Assembly (NCBI GenBank): GCA_028719225.1
Contig: JAQUKI010000030.1
Location: 1 to 17,944, forward strand
Length of the DNA: 17,944 bases
Reading direction: 5' to 3'
DNA from: Fidelibacterota bacterium
GTDB lineage: Bacteria; Fidelibacterota; UBA2242
In this document: piece after piece, positions 8,322-15,638 of the stretch
How the letters are laid out: every line of letters begins with the position of its first letter
Numbering within the stretch: position 1 is the first letter of the stretch
Notes under the pieces: model-generated
What the model was told of the DNA's origin: nothing
Databases searched by the model: none
What the model saw: only the letters and a program-made list of their open reading frames with translations
Program-made: the position numbers and the translations under genes

Positions 8322-9764
8322 TTATTCAAAAATTTTACCGGGATTTAGAATACGTTGCGGATCGAAAGCCGCTTTAATGCGCTTCATTATTTCGATGGAT
8401 GTCGGATCCAACGCCATTTTCAAATATTGCTTACGTTTATTTCCGATACCATGTTCACCGCTGATAGTTCCTCCCAATGCCAGTGTCATTTGATACAGTT
8501 CGAGACGAACCTGTTCCTGAATTTCCTGCCATTTGTCCATCGGCATTTCCGGTTTTTTGGCCAGTGTCGAGTGAATATTGCCGTCTCCGGCATGACCAAA
8601 ACAGGGAATTACCAGATCGTACTTTTTTGCCAAATCGGCAATCTGAGGTAAAAGGACCGGAATATTGGCAATTGGAACGACGAGATCTTCGGAACTCTTG
8701 GCCGGATAAAACGCTTGAATCCCTTCCGGCACATTGCGTCGCAGAGCCCAAACACGCTCTTGGGTTGTGTGATTATCGGCAACGTAAACTTCTATCGCAC
8801 CCTTCTCAAGGCACATATTTCCGATGATTTCATATTCGTGCTCTAATTGATCTTCGTCATTTCCATCGATTTCTATTAGCAACATTGCCCCGATCTTTTT
8901 AGAATGGAAATGTTCGTTCAGATATCGACATGCCAATTCGACGGCAGTGGCATCCATGAATTCGATAGCCGTCGGAATAATTTTGCCGTAGGTAATGATC
9001 TGCGGAACGATTGCAATGGCGGCGACAATATCAGGGAATAGAACGAGCAGGTCAACTTTTTTCGCCGGAAGCGGTAAGAGTTTAATATAAATTTTTGTAA
9101 AAATACCGAGCGTGCCTTCAGAACCAACCATAAGATGAATCAAATCATAGCCGACGACATCTTTCACGCGTTTTCCGCCTAGCTGCATGATTTCGCCTTC
9201 GGGTGTAACTACTTCAAGACCGATAATGTAACGCCCGGTGACGCCGTATTTGACCGCGCGACCGCCGCCGGCATTTTCAGCGACGTTACCGCCGATAAAG
9301 CAACTCTCGACGCTCATCGGATAACCGGCAAAAAACAGACCGTCTGTCGCCAATTGATTATTGATATCGTTCGTGATTACGCCGGGTTCAACGACAATTA
9401 CCATGTTTTGCTTGTCAATTTCGAGGATTTTATCCATTCGTTCAAGCGACAGTAAAATGCCGCCGTATATGGGCACAGCGCCACCCGAAAGACCGCTTCC
9501 GGCGCCGCGGGGCGTTACAGGAATTCGCTCCCTATTTGCCAATTGCATGATGGCGGCGATTTCTTCAGCTGTGCGCGGTTTGACAACGGCATCCGGCAGA
9601 TGCGCCCATTTTTTTCCGACTACTTCATCGTGGGAATAAGGCTCCAGTTTTTCCTCATCGTCATAAATCACAAATTTTTGTCCGACGATTGCCTGTAATT
9701 GTTCGATGATGGCGGGCGAGATCGGTTTGTAAGAAGTCGATTGCAAGTTTGTTTCAGGATGCAT
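8322..9764 (-). CDS. FAD-linked oxidase/dehydrogenase (GlcD / D-lactate or D-2-hydroxyacid dehydrogenase-like)
   Basis: 480 aa. FAD_binding_4 motifs: PRGAGSGLSGGAVP, VEPGV, GSEGTLG. C-terminal FAD-oxidase_C signature: GGTISGEHGIGNKR...FDPQRILNPGKIF. No glcE/glcF partners are adjacent. Confidence 0.85.
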   Translation of the reverse strand: MHPETNLQSTSYKPISPAIIEQLQAIVGQKFVIYDDEEKLEPYSHDEVVGKKWAHLPDAVVKPRTAEEIAAIMQLANRERIPVTPRGAGSGLSGGAVPIYGGILLSLERMDKILEIDKQNMVIVVEPGVITNDINNQLATDGLFFAGYPMSVESCFIGGNVAENAGGGRAVKYGVTGRYIIGLEVVTPEGEIMQLGGKRVKDVVGYDLIHLMVGSEGTLGIFTKIYIKLLPLPAKKVDLLVLFPDIVAAIAIVPQIITYGKIIPTAIEFMDATAVELACRYLNEHFHSKKIGAMLLIEIDGNDEDQLEHEYEIIGNMCLEKGAIEVYVADNHTTQERVWALRRNVPEGIQAFYPAKSSEDLVVPIANIPVLLPQIADLAKKYDLVIPCFGHAGDGNIHSTLAKKPEMPMDKWQEIQEQVRLELYQMTLALGGTISGEHGIGNKRKQYLKMALDPTSIEIMKRIKAAFDPQRILNPGKIFE

Positions 9765-9765
9765 G

Positions 9766-9867
9766 TTATTCTTTCGTGGTGAATTCGATCTTCACGAGAT
9801 TGTCCGGTAGGACACATTTCTCGTTGTTATTTTCGAGCGCTTTAATTGCAGTAATATTTTCAGACAT
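9766..9867 (-). CDS. Possible 33-aa upstream small ORF (MSENITAIKALENNNEKCVLPDNLVKIEFTTKE) ending 1 nt before the oxidase ATG
   Basis: Hand translation. ATG at complement 9865-9867 and TAA at complement 9766-9768. It is below the ORF-track length cutoff. It has only a weak GAG upstream and no recognisable homology. It sits between the putative operator (9893-9905) and the oxidase gene. Confidence 0.25.
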   Translation of the reverse strand: MSENITAIKALENNNEKCVLPDNLVKIEFTTKE

Positions 9868-9889
9868 AAACACTCATATTGAAAACCGA

Positions 9890-9910
9890 ACAATTGTCTA
9901 TACAAATATA
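9890..9910 (-). promoter_or_regulatory. Second copy of the same element (ACAATTGTCTATACAA) in the oxidase/tex divergent intergenic region
   Basis: The identical 13-mer ATTGTCTATACAA is at 9893-9905. It is flanked by an extra ACAA half-site, giving the palindrome ACAATTGT at 9890-9897. On the minus strand it reads TATATTTGTATAGACAAT, against TACAATTGTATAGACAAT at the first site. Confidence 0.5.
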
Positions 9911-9996
9911 GGGTTGGCAAATGAAGATGGCAATTTTTTTCTTATCGGTTCAAACAAATATGCCGGTTTGTTTCATTTTTCTGATTCATTTGAAAT

Positions 9997-10024
9997 TTGA
10001 CATTTCCCTTCGATGCCGTAGATT
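9997..10024 (+). promoter_or_regulatory. Candidate sigma70-type promoter for tex
   Basis: TTGACA at 9997-10002, a 16-nt spacer, then TAGATT at 10019-10024. This is about 44 nt upstream of the tex ATG. It rests on pattern match only. Confidence 0.3.
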
Positions 10025-10067
10025 TCATCGTTTTTTCCGGAAAAAGCTAATTGAACAGGAAATATTG

Positions 10068-12236
10068 ATGACCGAGCAACAAATATATCAGATCGTCGCA
10101 GAAGAAACCCATCTGAGGATAAATCAGATCATTCAAACGATAGAAATGCTGGATGAAGGAAGCACAGTGCCATTTCTCGCGCGTTACCGAAAAGAACGCA
10201 CCGGTTCGCTGGATGAAGTCAAAATCCGGCTCATTCAGGATCGGGTGGAATATCTTCGTGCGCTGGAGAAACGCAAGGAAACCGTGCTTTCCAGTATCGA
10301 AAAACAGGGAAAGTTGACACCTGAGCTGAAAGCGAAAATCGATGTGACGACCAAACTTCAGGACTTGGAAGATTTATATCTGCCGTTCAAACCAAAGAAG
10401 CGGACTCGCGCTTCTATCGCACGTGAGAAAGGGCTTCAACCGTTGGCGGATTTAATTCTTCAACAACAAATGCTGACCGGTGATCCACTGGACATCGCCG
10501 GAAGTTTTGTCAATCCTGAAAAAGGCGCGAATACTTCGGAGGAAGCGTTGCTCGGCGCGCAGGACATCGTTGCAGAGATAATTTCCGAAGACGCTGATAT
10601 TCGTAGGATGGTCCGTGAATTTAGTTCAAAAAACGGCATCATCGTTTCCGAAGCAAAGAATAAGGAAGAAAAAACCGTTTATGAAATGTATTATGAGTAT
10701 ACCGAATCTGTGAACAAGATTCCACCGCACCGGATTCTGGCCATCAATCGGGGCGAGAAGGAAGGCATTCTGAAGGTTGACATTTCTGTAAATGTAGAAA
10801 ATATCATTTTACAAATTGAGAAGAAAACGATTGTCGATCCCCGGTCGATTTTTCATAAATATTTGCTGGATGCGATCCGGGACGGATATCAACGGTTAAC
10901 TGCACCATCGATCGAGCATGAGATTCGCAACGGTTTAACAGAAACAGCGGAGGAACAGGCGATCCGGATATTTGCTCTAAATCTGAAAAACCTGCTGCTT
11001 CAGTCGCCAATCTCGGGTAAAATCATCATGGGAATCGATCCCGGCTTTCGAACCGGTTCGAAGGTTGCGGTTATCGATAAAACCGGAAAATATCTTGCAG
11101 GTACAACCATTTATCCGCATCCGCCACAAAATAAAGCCGACGAATCAAAAGTCATCCTAAAGAAAATGATCTTGAAATATTCCGTCGATATTATTGCCAT
11201 CGGAAATGGAACGGCGAGCCGTGAAACCGAGTCGTTGGTCGCCGATTTGATCGGCGAAATGAAAACCATCCGTAAATTATTTTATGTCATTGTTAGCGAA
11301 GCAGGTGCTTCGGTCTATTCTGCATCAAAAATCGCGCAGGAAGAATTTCCTGATCTGGAGGCGAGCCTGCGCGGCAATATTTCGATTGCCCGTCGCTTGC
11401 TCGATCCACTGGCCGAACTCGTGAAAATCGATCCGAAAAGTATAGGCGTCGGTCAATATCAACATGACGTCAATCAAAAACGGTTGGCGGAATCACTTCA
11501 CAGCGTTGTTGAAGATTGTGTCAATCATGTCGGTGTTGATTTGAATACGGCATCGGTTTCTTTATTGACCTATGTTTCCGGATTGACCAGTCGAACGGCG
11601 GCAAATATCGTCGATCATCGAGAAAAAAACGGTTCTTTCAAAAATCGCGAACAGTTAAAAATTGTGCCGGGTATCGGTACCAGCACATTTGAACAAGCCG
11701 CCGGTTTTCTCAGAATTCCATGTGGCGAAAATTTGCTGGACAATACATGGATTCACCCGGAATCTTACGAAGCGACGAACCGTTTGTTGAAAAAGTACAA
11801 TATTGAGAATATTCAAATCGATGGAAAGACGATTCGGCAGATGATTTCAAATAATCAGACAAGGATGAGCGATCTGGCGACAGAAATCGGAATCGGTGAA
11901 CCGACATTGAAAGACATACTTGCTAATTTAGAGAAACCGGGGCGCGATCCGCGCGAAGAATTGCCCAAACCGATATTGAAAAGCGATGTTCTGAAAATCG
12001 AAGACCTGAAGGAAGGAATGATGCTGAAAGGAACCGTTCGGAATGTCGTCGATTTCGGCGCTTTTGTCGATATTGGTGTCAAGCAAGCCGGTTTAGTTCA
12101 CATTAGCCAACTTTCGGATCGATTCATTAAAGATCCGAGCAGGGTCGTTGCCGTCGGCGATGTTGTCGATGTGCGGGTTGTGTCGGTGGACATCGATCGG
12201 GGACGGATTCAACTGAGCATGAAATCTGTGAAATAA
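10068..12236 (+). CDS. tex: Tex-like transcription accessory protein (YqgF/RuvC-like, HhH and C-terminal S1 RNA-binding domains)
   Basis: N-terminal motif STVPFLARYRKERTGSLDEV. YqgF-like core IMGIDPGFRTGSKVAVIDKTGK...IAIGNGTASRETE. HhH region VDLNTAS...L..VSGL. S1 domain GTVRNVVDFGAFVDIGVKQAGLVHISQL. The ORF track begins at 9921. The ATG at 10068 with AGGA 8 nt upstream gives a typical ~722-aa Tex. Confidence 0.9.
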   Translation: MTEQQIYQIVAEETHLRINQIIQTIEMLDEGSTVPFLARYRKERTGSLDEVKIRLIQDRVEYLRALEKRKETVLSSIEKQGKLTPELKAKIDVTTKLQDLEDLYLPFKPKKRTRASIAREKGLQPLADLILQQQMLTGDPLDIAGSFVNPEKGANTSEEALLGAQDIVAEIISEDADIRRMVREFSSKNGIIVSEAKNKEEKTVYEMYYEYTESVNKIPPHRILAINRGEKEGILKVDISVNVENIILQIEKKTIVDPRSIFHKYLLDAIRDGYQRLTAPSIEHEIRNGLTETAEEQAIRIFALNLKNLLLQSPISGKIIMGIDPGFRTGSKVAVIDKTGKYLAGTTIYPHPPQNKADESKVILKKMILKYSVDIIAIGNGTASRETESLVADLIGEMKTIRKLFYVIVSEAGASVYSASKIAQEEFPDLEASLRGNISIARRLLDPLAELVKIDPKSIGVGQYQHDVNQKRLAESLHSVVEDCVNHVGVDLNTASVSLLTYVSGLTSRTAANIVDHREKNGSFKNREQLKIVPGIGTSTFEQAAGFLRIPCGENLLDNTWIHPESYEATNRLLKKYNIENIQIDGKTIRQMISNNQTRMSDLATEIGIGEPTLKDILANLEKPGRDPREELPKPILKSDVLKIEDLKEGMMLKGTVRNVVDFGAFVDIGVKQAGLVHISQLSDRFIKDPSRVVAVGDVVDVRVVSVDIDRGRIQLSMKSVK

Positions 12237-12301
12237 ATGAATCAGCGGAACTAAATTTCAATCGATTACACATTCGTTCGTTTAAATAAGAGGCATTGTT
12301 T

Positions 12302-13030
12302 ATGAGTTCTTTTCTCTGTATCGGACATCAGGGAGCACCGGGCTATGCTCCGGAAAATACGCTGGCGTCTTTCGAAAAAGCCATCGACCTCGGCGTTGAC
12401 GGCGTCGAATTGGACATTTTCATCGTTGATGGCGATCTCGTGGTCATTCACGATTACCGGCTGGAAAGGTTGACAACAGGGACCGGGCTTGTCGAAGAAA
12501 AAACGTTCGACGAAATCCGATCTTTGGAAGTGAAAGGCGGCGGAAAAATTCCTTTGCTGACTGAAGTACTCGACCTTGTGAATCGCCGAACCAATGTAAA
12601 TATCGAAATTAAAAGCGAGTGTACGGCGCCGTTGGTGGCAAATGTGATCAACGAGTATGTTCGCAAACACAGCTGGAAATACGAACAATTTCAGGTTTCT
12701 TCCTTCAATCATTATGAATTGAAGACAATAAAAGCATTGGTTCCGGAAATTAAAACCGGCGCGTTGATCTTCGGTGTGCCAATTGGCTGGGCGAAATTTG
12801 CCGCCGAGTTGAACGTTTATTCAATTAACATCAGCATTGAATTTGTCAATGAAGAACTTATCGAAGATGCGCATCGCAGGGGAATCAAGGTTTTCGTTTT
12901 TACCGTTAATTTTCCGGACGATATTCAACGGATGATCGATCTTGGCGTGGACGGTGTTTTTACCGATTATCCGGACAGAGTCATCGAAATTCGATCGAAC
13001 GCAAATGTCATTCAGGAATCAGATATATGA
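12302..13030 (+). CDS. Cytoplasmic glycerophosphodiester phosphodiesterase (GDPD family, UgpQ-like)
   Basis: Motifs: GHQGAPGYAPENTLASFEKAIDLGVDGVELDI, VVIHD, PLLTEVLDL, NIEIK, VFVFTVN, GVDGVFTDYPD. There is no signal peptide. The ORF-track start at 12296 is a TTG. The ATG at 12302 has AGAGG 8 nt upstream. The stop overlaps the next gene's start (ATGA at 13027-13030). Confidence 0.85.
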   Translation: MSSFLCIGHQGAPGYAPENTLASFEKAIDLGVDGVELDIFIVDGDLVVIHDYRLERLTTGTGLVEEKTFDEIRSLEVKGGGKIPLLTEVLDLVNRRTNVNIEIKSECTAPLVANVINEYVRKHSWKYEQFQVSSFNHYELKTIKALVPEIKTGALIFGVPIGWAKFAAELNVYSINISIEFVNEELIEDAHRRGIKVFVFTVNFPDDIQRMIDLGVDGVFTDYPDRVIEIRSNANVIQESDI

Positions 13031-13404
13031 GTACTTTAGGGAATGCCTTGTGGATTTTTTTCGGCGGCGGGATTTTTATCTTTCTGGGATATTTATGGGG
13101 CGGTGTTGTGTTATGTATGACGATCGTCGGTATTCCGTTTGGGATTCAATGCATCAAATTGTCGATTCTCGGACTCATGCCGTTTGGTGAAACAATCCGC
13201 TATAAACCATCTGCGCCGGGTTGTTTATCGACGATTATGAATTTGATCTGGTTCTTATCCGGTGGCATTTTATTGACGGTTCTACACCTGATTTTCGCAT
13301 TGATATGCGCTGTGACGATCATCGGAATTCCTTTTGCGAAACAACATATCAAGTTATTGTCGCTGGCGCTCTCGCCATTCGGGAAGGAAGTTACGAGCAT
13401 TTAA
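13027..13404 (+). CDS. yccF: YccF-family inner membrane protein (two DUF307 repeats)
   Basis: 125 aa. An internal duplication carries the signature TIVGIPFGIQCIKLSILGLMPFG / TIIGIPFAKQHIKLLSLALSPFG. Confidence 0.8.
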   Translation: MSTLGNALWIFFGGGIFIFLGYLWGGVVLCMTIVGIPFGIQCIKLSILGLMPFGETIRYKPSAPGCLSTIMNLIWFLSGGILLTVLHLIFALICAVTIIGIPFAKQHIKLLSLALSPFGKEVTSI

Positions 13405-13417
13405 TGATCGATTCTAA

Positions 13418-13777
13418 ATGGAAGCGAATATGAATGAATCAACGCAGGTGAAATATGTTCAAGTCTCGACGACAACTTCAAGTCAGGAAAGCGCTGAACA
13501 TATAGCGCAAACATTGATTGAAAAACGGTTGGCGGCATGTGTTCAGATAATCGCGCCGGTTAAAAGTGTCTATCGTTGGAAAGGAAATATTGAGACCGCG
13601 CAAGAATGGTTATGTTTAATCAAAACCACCCGAGGTCTGTTTGAGCAGGTTTCGCAAACCATCCGGGCGATTCATCCATATGAAACTCCGGAGATTATCG
13701 CCACGCCGATTATCGATGGAAATCCGGATTATCTTCGCTGGATTCTGGATTCTGTTTGTTTAGAAGAGGAAAAATAA
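13418..13777 (+). CDS. cutA: CutA1 divalent-cation tolerance protein
   Basis: Motifs: LAACVQI..PVKSVYRWKGNIE...EWLCLIKT, IHPYETPEII. The start could be the ATG at 13418 or the ATG at 13430. The latter has GGAAG 5 nt upstream. Confidence 0.85.
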   Translation: MEANMNESTQVKYVQVSTTTSSQESAEHIAQTLIEKRLAACVQIIAPVKSVYRWKGNIETAQEWLCLIKTTRGLFEQVSQTIRAIHPYETPEIIATPIIDGNPDYLRWILDSVCLEEEK

Positions 13778-13781
13778 CGAG

Positions 13782-14594
13782 ATGGAGCTAACTCTGCACT
13801 ATGCAAGATTTCGAATGTTTTTCGTCTGTTGTGTCGTGACGCTTTCAGTCATATCTTTTCAATGTGAGGAAAACGTCCCGACGGATGAAATCAACTCGAT
13901 TGGATTATCCGGTCGAAGTTATCTGGCAATTTCCGGAAACGCGATGCTTGATTCGATTTTCTCAGAAGATTTTTCCGTTGAAATCTGGGTGCGAGCGGAC
14001 ACATCGCTTCCGGATTCTCAGCGGGCAATCCTGATGATCGGCAATGAACTTGGCGGCACTGAAATTGGTTTTTTTCAGGGAGATTCCGATTCAAGCCGGA
14101 TTAATTTTGTCGTTGACGAACAAACTCTGGGTGGCTTTTATCCGACTTCACTGGATTGGCGGGAACGAAATTTTCATCAAGTTTGTTTGACCCGGCAGGA
14201 AACTCGGGTTCGATTTTATTTTGATGGGCAAGAAATCGCTTCCTCTACATTGGCCGGACTCGATATCAACGTCGGTTTAAGTAATTTATTGATTGGCGGC
14301 GCTTACCGATCAGCGGGAAGTAACGCAGGTGCGCGGAATTTTTGGACCGGATTGATAGATGAGGTTCGATTATGGGGCCGATGTCTCGGCTCCGACGAAG
14401 TGCAGTTTCATCAAAATCATCCCGACAAACTGTATGAGCATTTCTCGGATAGTCTATCTGTACCGCCTGTCGGGATTTGGCGATTTAACGAATCGCACGA
14501 TGATTATATTCCGGATGAGGCCGGCAACGGGAATTCGGCCTGGATTCGCGGCTTAACCAGTTCGGTTTATTGGAGTAATTCTGGCTCTGACTAA
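13782..14594 (+). CDS. Exported LamG/concanavalin-A-like lectin domain protein
   Basis: 270 aa. Hydrophobic N-terminus (FFVCCVVTLSVISFQC). LamG_3-type core: FSVEIWVRAD...FHQVCLTR...VRFYFDGQ...GLIDEVRLWGRCLGSDEV. AGAGGA lies 11 nt upstream of the ATG. Confidence 0.7.
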   Translation: MELTLHYARFRMFFVCCVVTLSVISFQCEENVPTDEINSIGLSGRSYLAISGNAMLDSIFSEDFSVEIWVRADTSLPDSQRAILMIGNELGGTEIGFFQGDSDSSRINFVVDEQTLGGFYPTSLDWRERNFHQVCLTRQETRVRFYFDGQEIASSTLAGLDINVGLSNLLIGGAYRSAGSNAGARNFWTGLIDEVRLWGRCLGSDEVQFHQNHPDKLYEHFSDSLSVPPVGIWRFNESHDDYIPDEAGNGNSAWIRGLTSSVYWSNSGSD

Positions 14595-14715
14595 TCAATA
14601 CTGTTTTCTTCATTCCAAACAAAAATTTATCATGTGATTTACAGCAATGTTATACCGAAGCGGAAAGACTATTTTATTTGTGGTTTTTTACCAGACTCTT
14701 TATCCCTAATTCTCA

Positions 14716-15630
14716 CTACCCTCCAGTCCAGAGTGATTCCCCGTCACGCTGGACTCTTTTTACAACGACGCGGATCGTTTCAGAATTTATACCGCAACAT
14801 CCACCGACGATGCAGACACCTTTTTGAATCCAGTTGAAAACCGTTTCGGCATAAGATTCCGATGTAAAAGTCGGATCGGTTTCCCAACCGGAATGAGGAT
14901 TAAAAATACCGGCATTCGCATAAGCGCAAATCGGTGTCAGGTGATGCTGACTAAGATTTTCAATGGCGTGGGTAATGATCCTGTGGTTCGTACAATTGAT
15001 CGAAATTCCGATAGCGCCAAGTTTTAAAATCTCAGTTGCCGCTGAAGCCATAATATCTCCGTTCCAGATTTGCCCGTCATGATTTAATATAAATGATACA
15101 ATGACCGGCGATCGAGTGACGAGTGCGGCTTTTGTTGCCGCGATGGCTTCCGTAAAAGTATTCATCGTTTCGATGAGGATAAAATCGACGCCCGCTTCAC
15201 ACAACCAAGCGGCTTTTTCGTAATGTTCCCGAAATGCGGTAATCTGATTCGGAGCCAGATCGGGACGATAGCAATCTTCGAGTGGTGACATTGAACCGGC
15301 GATCCAGATTTTTCGATCAGGTTTACTATTTCGGATTGATTGCCTTGCGAGATCGACCGCTTGAAAAGTTGCCTTTTTTGCATCGGCAGAAGTAAAACCG
15401 GCTTTATGAAAAGTAGGTGTGTCCGTGCGAAACGTGCAGGTCGTCAGAATGTCAACGCCAGCGGCGATATAGTCTTCGTGGATTTTCAGAACCGCATCCG
15501 GATGTTCTAAAACCGATTGTGCCGACCATAAAGGTAGTTGGATTGGAAAGCCGCGACGCGCCAGTTCGGTTCCCATTGCTCCGTCAAGAATCAATGACTT
15601 ATTATCGTGGAGTCGTTCGGAGAAATTCAT
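14716..15630 (-). CDS. Homocysteine S-methyltransferase (stand-alone Hcy-binding/PF02574 domain, MmuM/YbgG-like)
   Basis: Motifs: LILDGAMGTELARRG, LWSAQ, ILIET. Zn ligands are INCTN and VGGCCG. The ORF-track start at 15702 is a GTG that would overlap the PAP2 gene. The ATG at 15628-15630 (MNFSERLHDNKSLILDGAMGTEL, 304 aa) lies 8 nt after the PAP2 stop and gives the normal family N-terminus. Confidence 0.85.
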   Translation of the reverse strand: MNFSERLHDNKSLILDGAMGTELARRGFPIQLPLWSAQSVLEHPDAVLKIHEDYIAAGVDILTTCTFRTDTPTFHKAGFTSADAKKATFQAVDLARQSIRNSKPDRKIWIAGSMSPLEDCYRPDLAPNQITAFREHYEKAAWLCEAGVDFILIETMNTFTEAIAATKAALVTRSPVIVSFILNHDGQIWNGDIMASAATEILKLGAIGISINCTNHRIITHAIENLSQHHLTPICAYANAGIFNPHSGWETDPTFTSESYAETVFNWIQKGVCIVGGCCGINSETIRVVVKRVQRDGESLWTGG

Positions 15631-15638
15631 CACGAACA

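Noticed and set aside
9921-10067. 49-codon N-terminal extension of the tex ORF as listed in the ORF track (MKMAIFFLSVQTNMPVCF...)
   Set aside because: The extension is low-complexity and hydrophobic, with no Tex homology and no RBS. The ATG at 10068 has AGGA 8 nt upstream and gives the normal Tex N-terminus. The extension would also swallow the candidate tex promoter.
12266-12712. 148-aa antisense ORF opposite the glycerophosphodiesterase
   Set aside because: It is a shadow of a strongly supported + strand CDS, with no RBS and no family features.
14595-14715. Bidirectional terminator expected between the convergent LamG and Hcy methyltransferase genes
   Set aside because: I could find no GC-rich hairpin followed by a T-run on either strand. 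The best pairing is only a 3-bp CCG/CGG, so no terminator is called.
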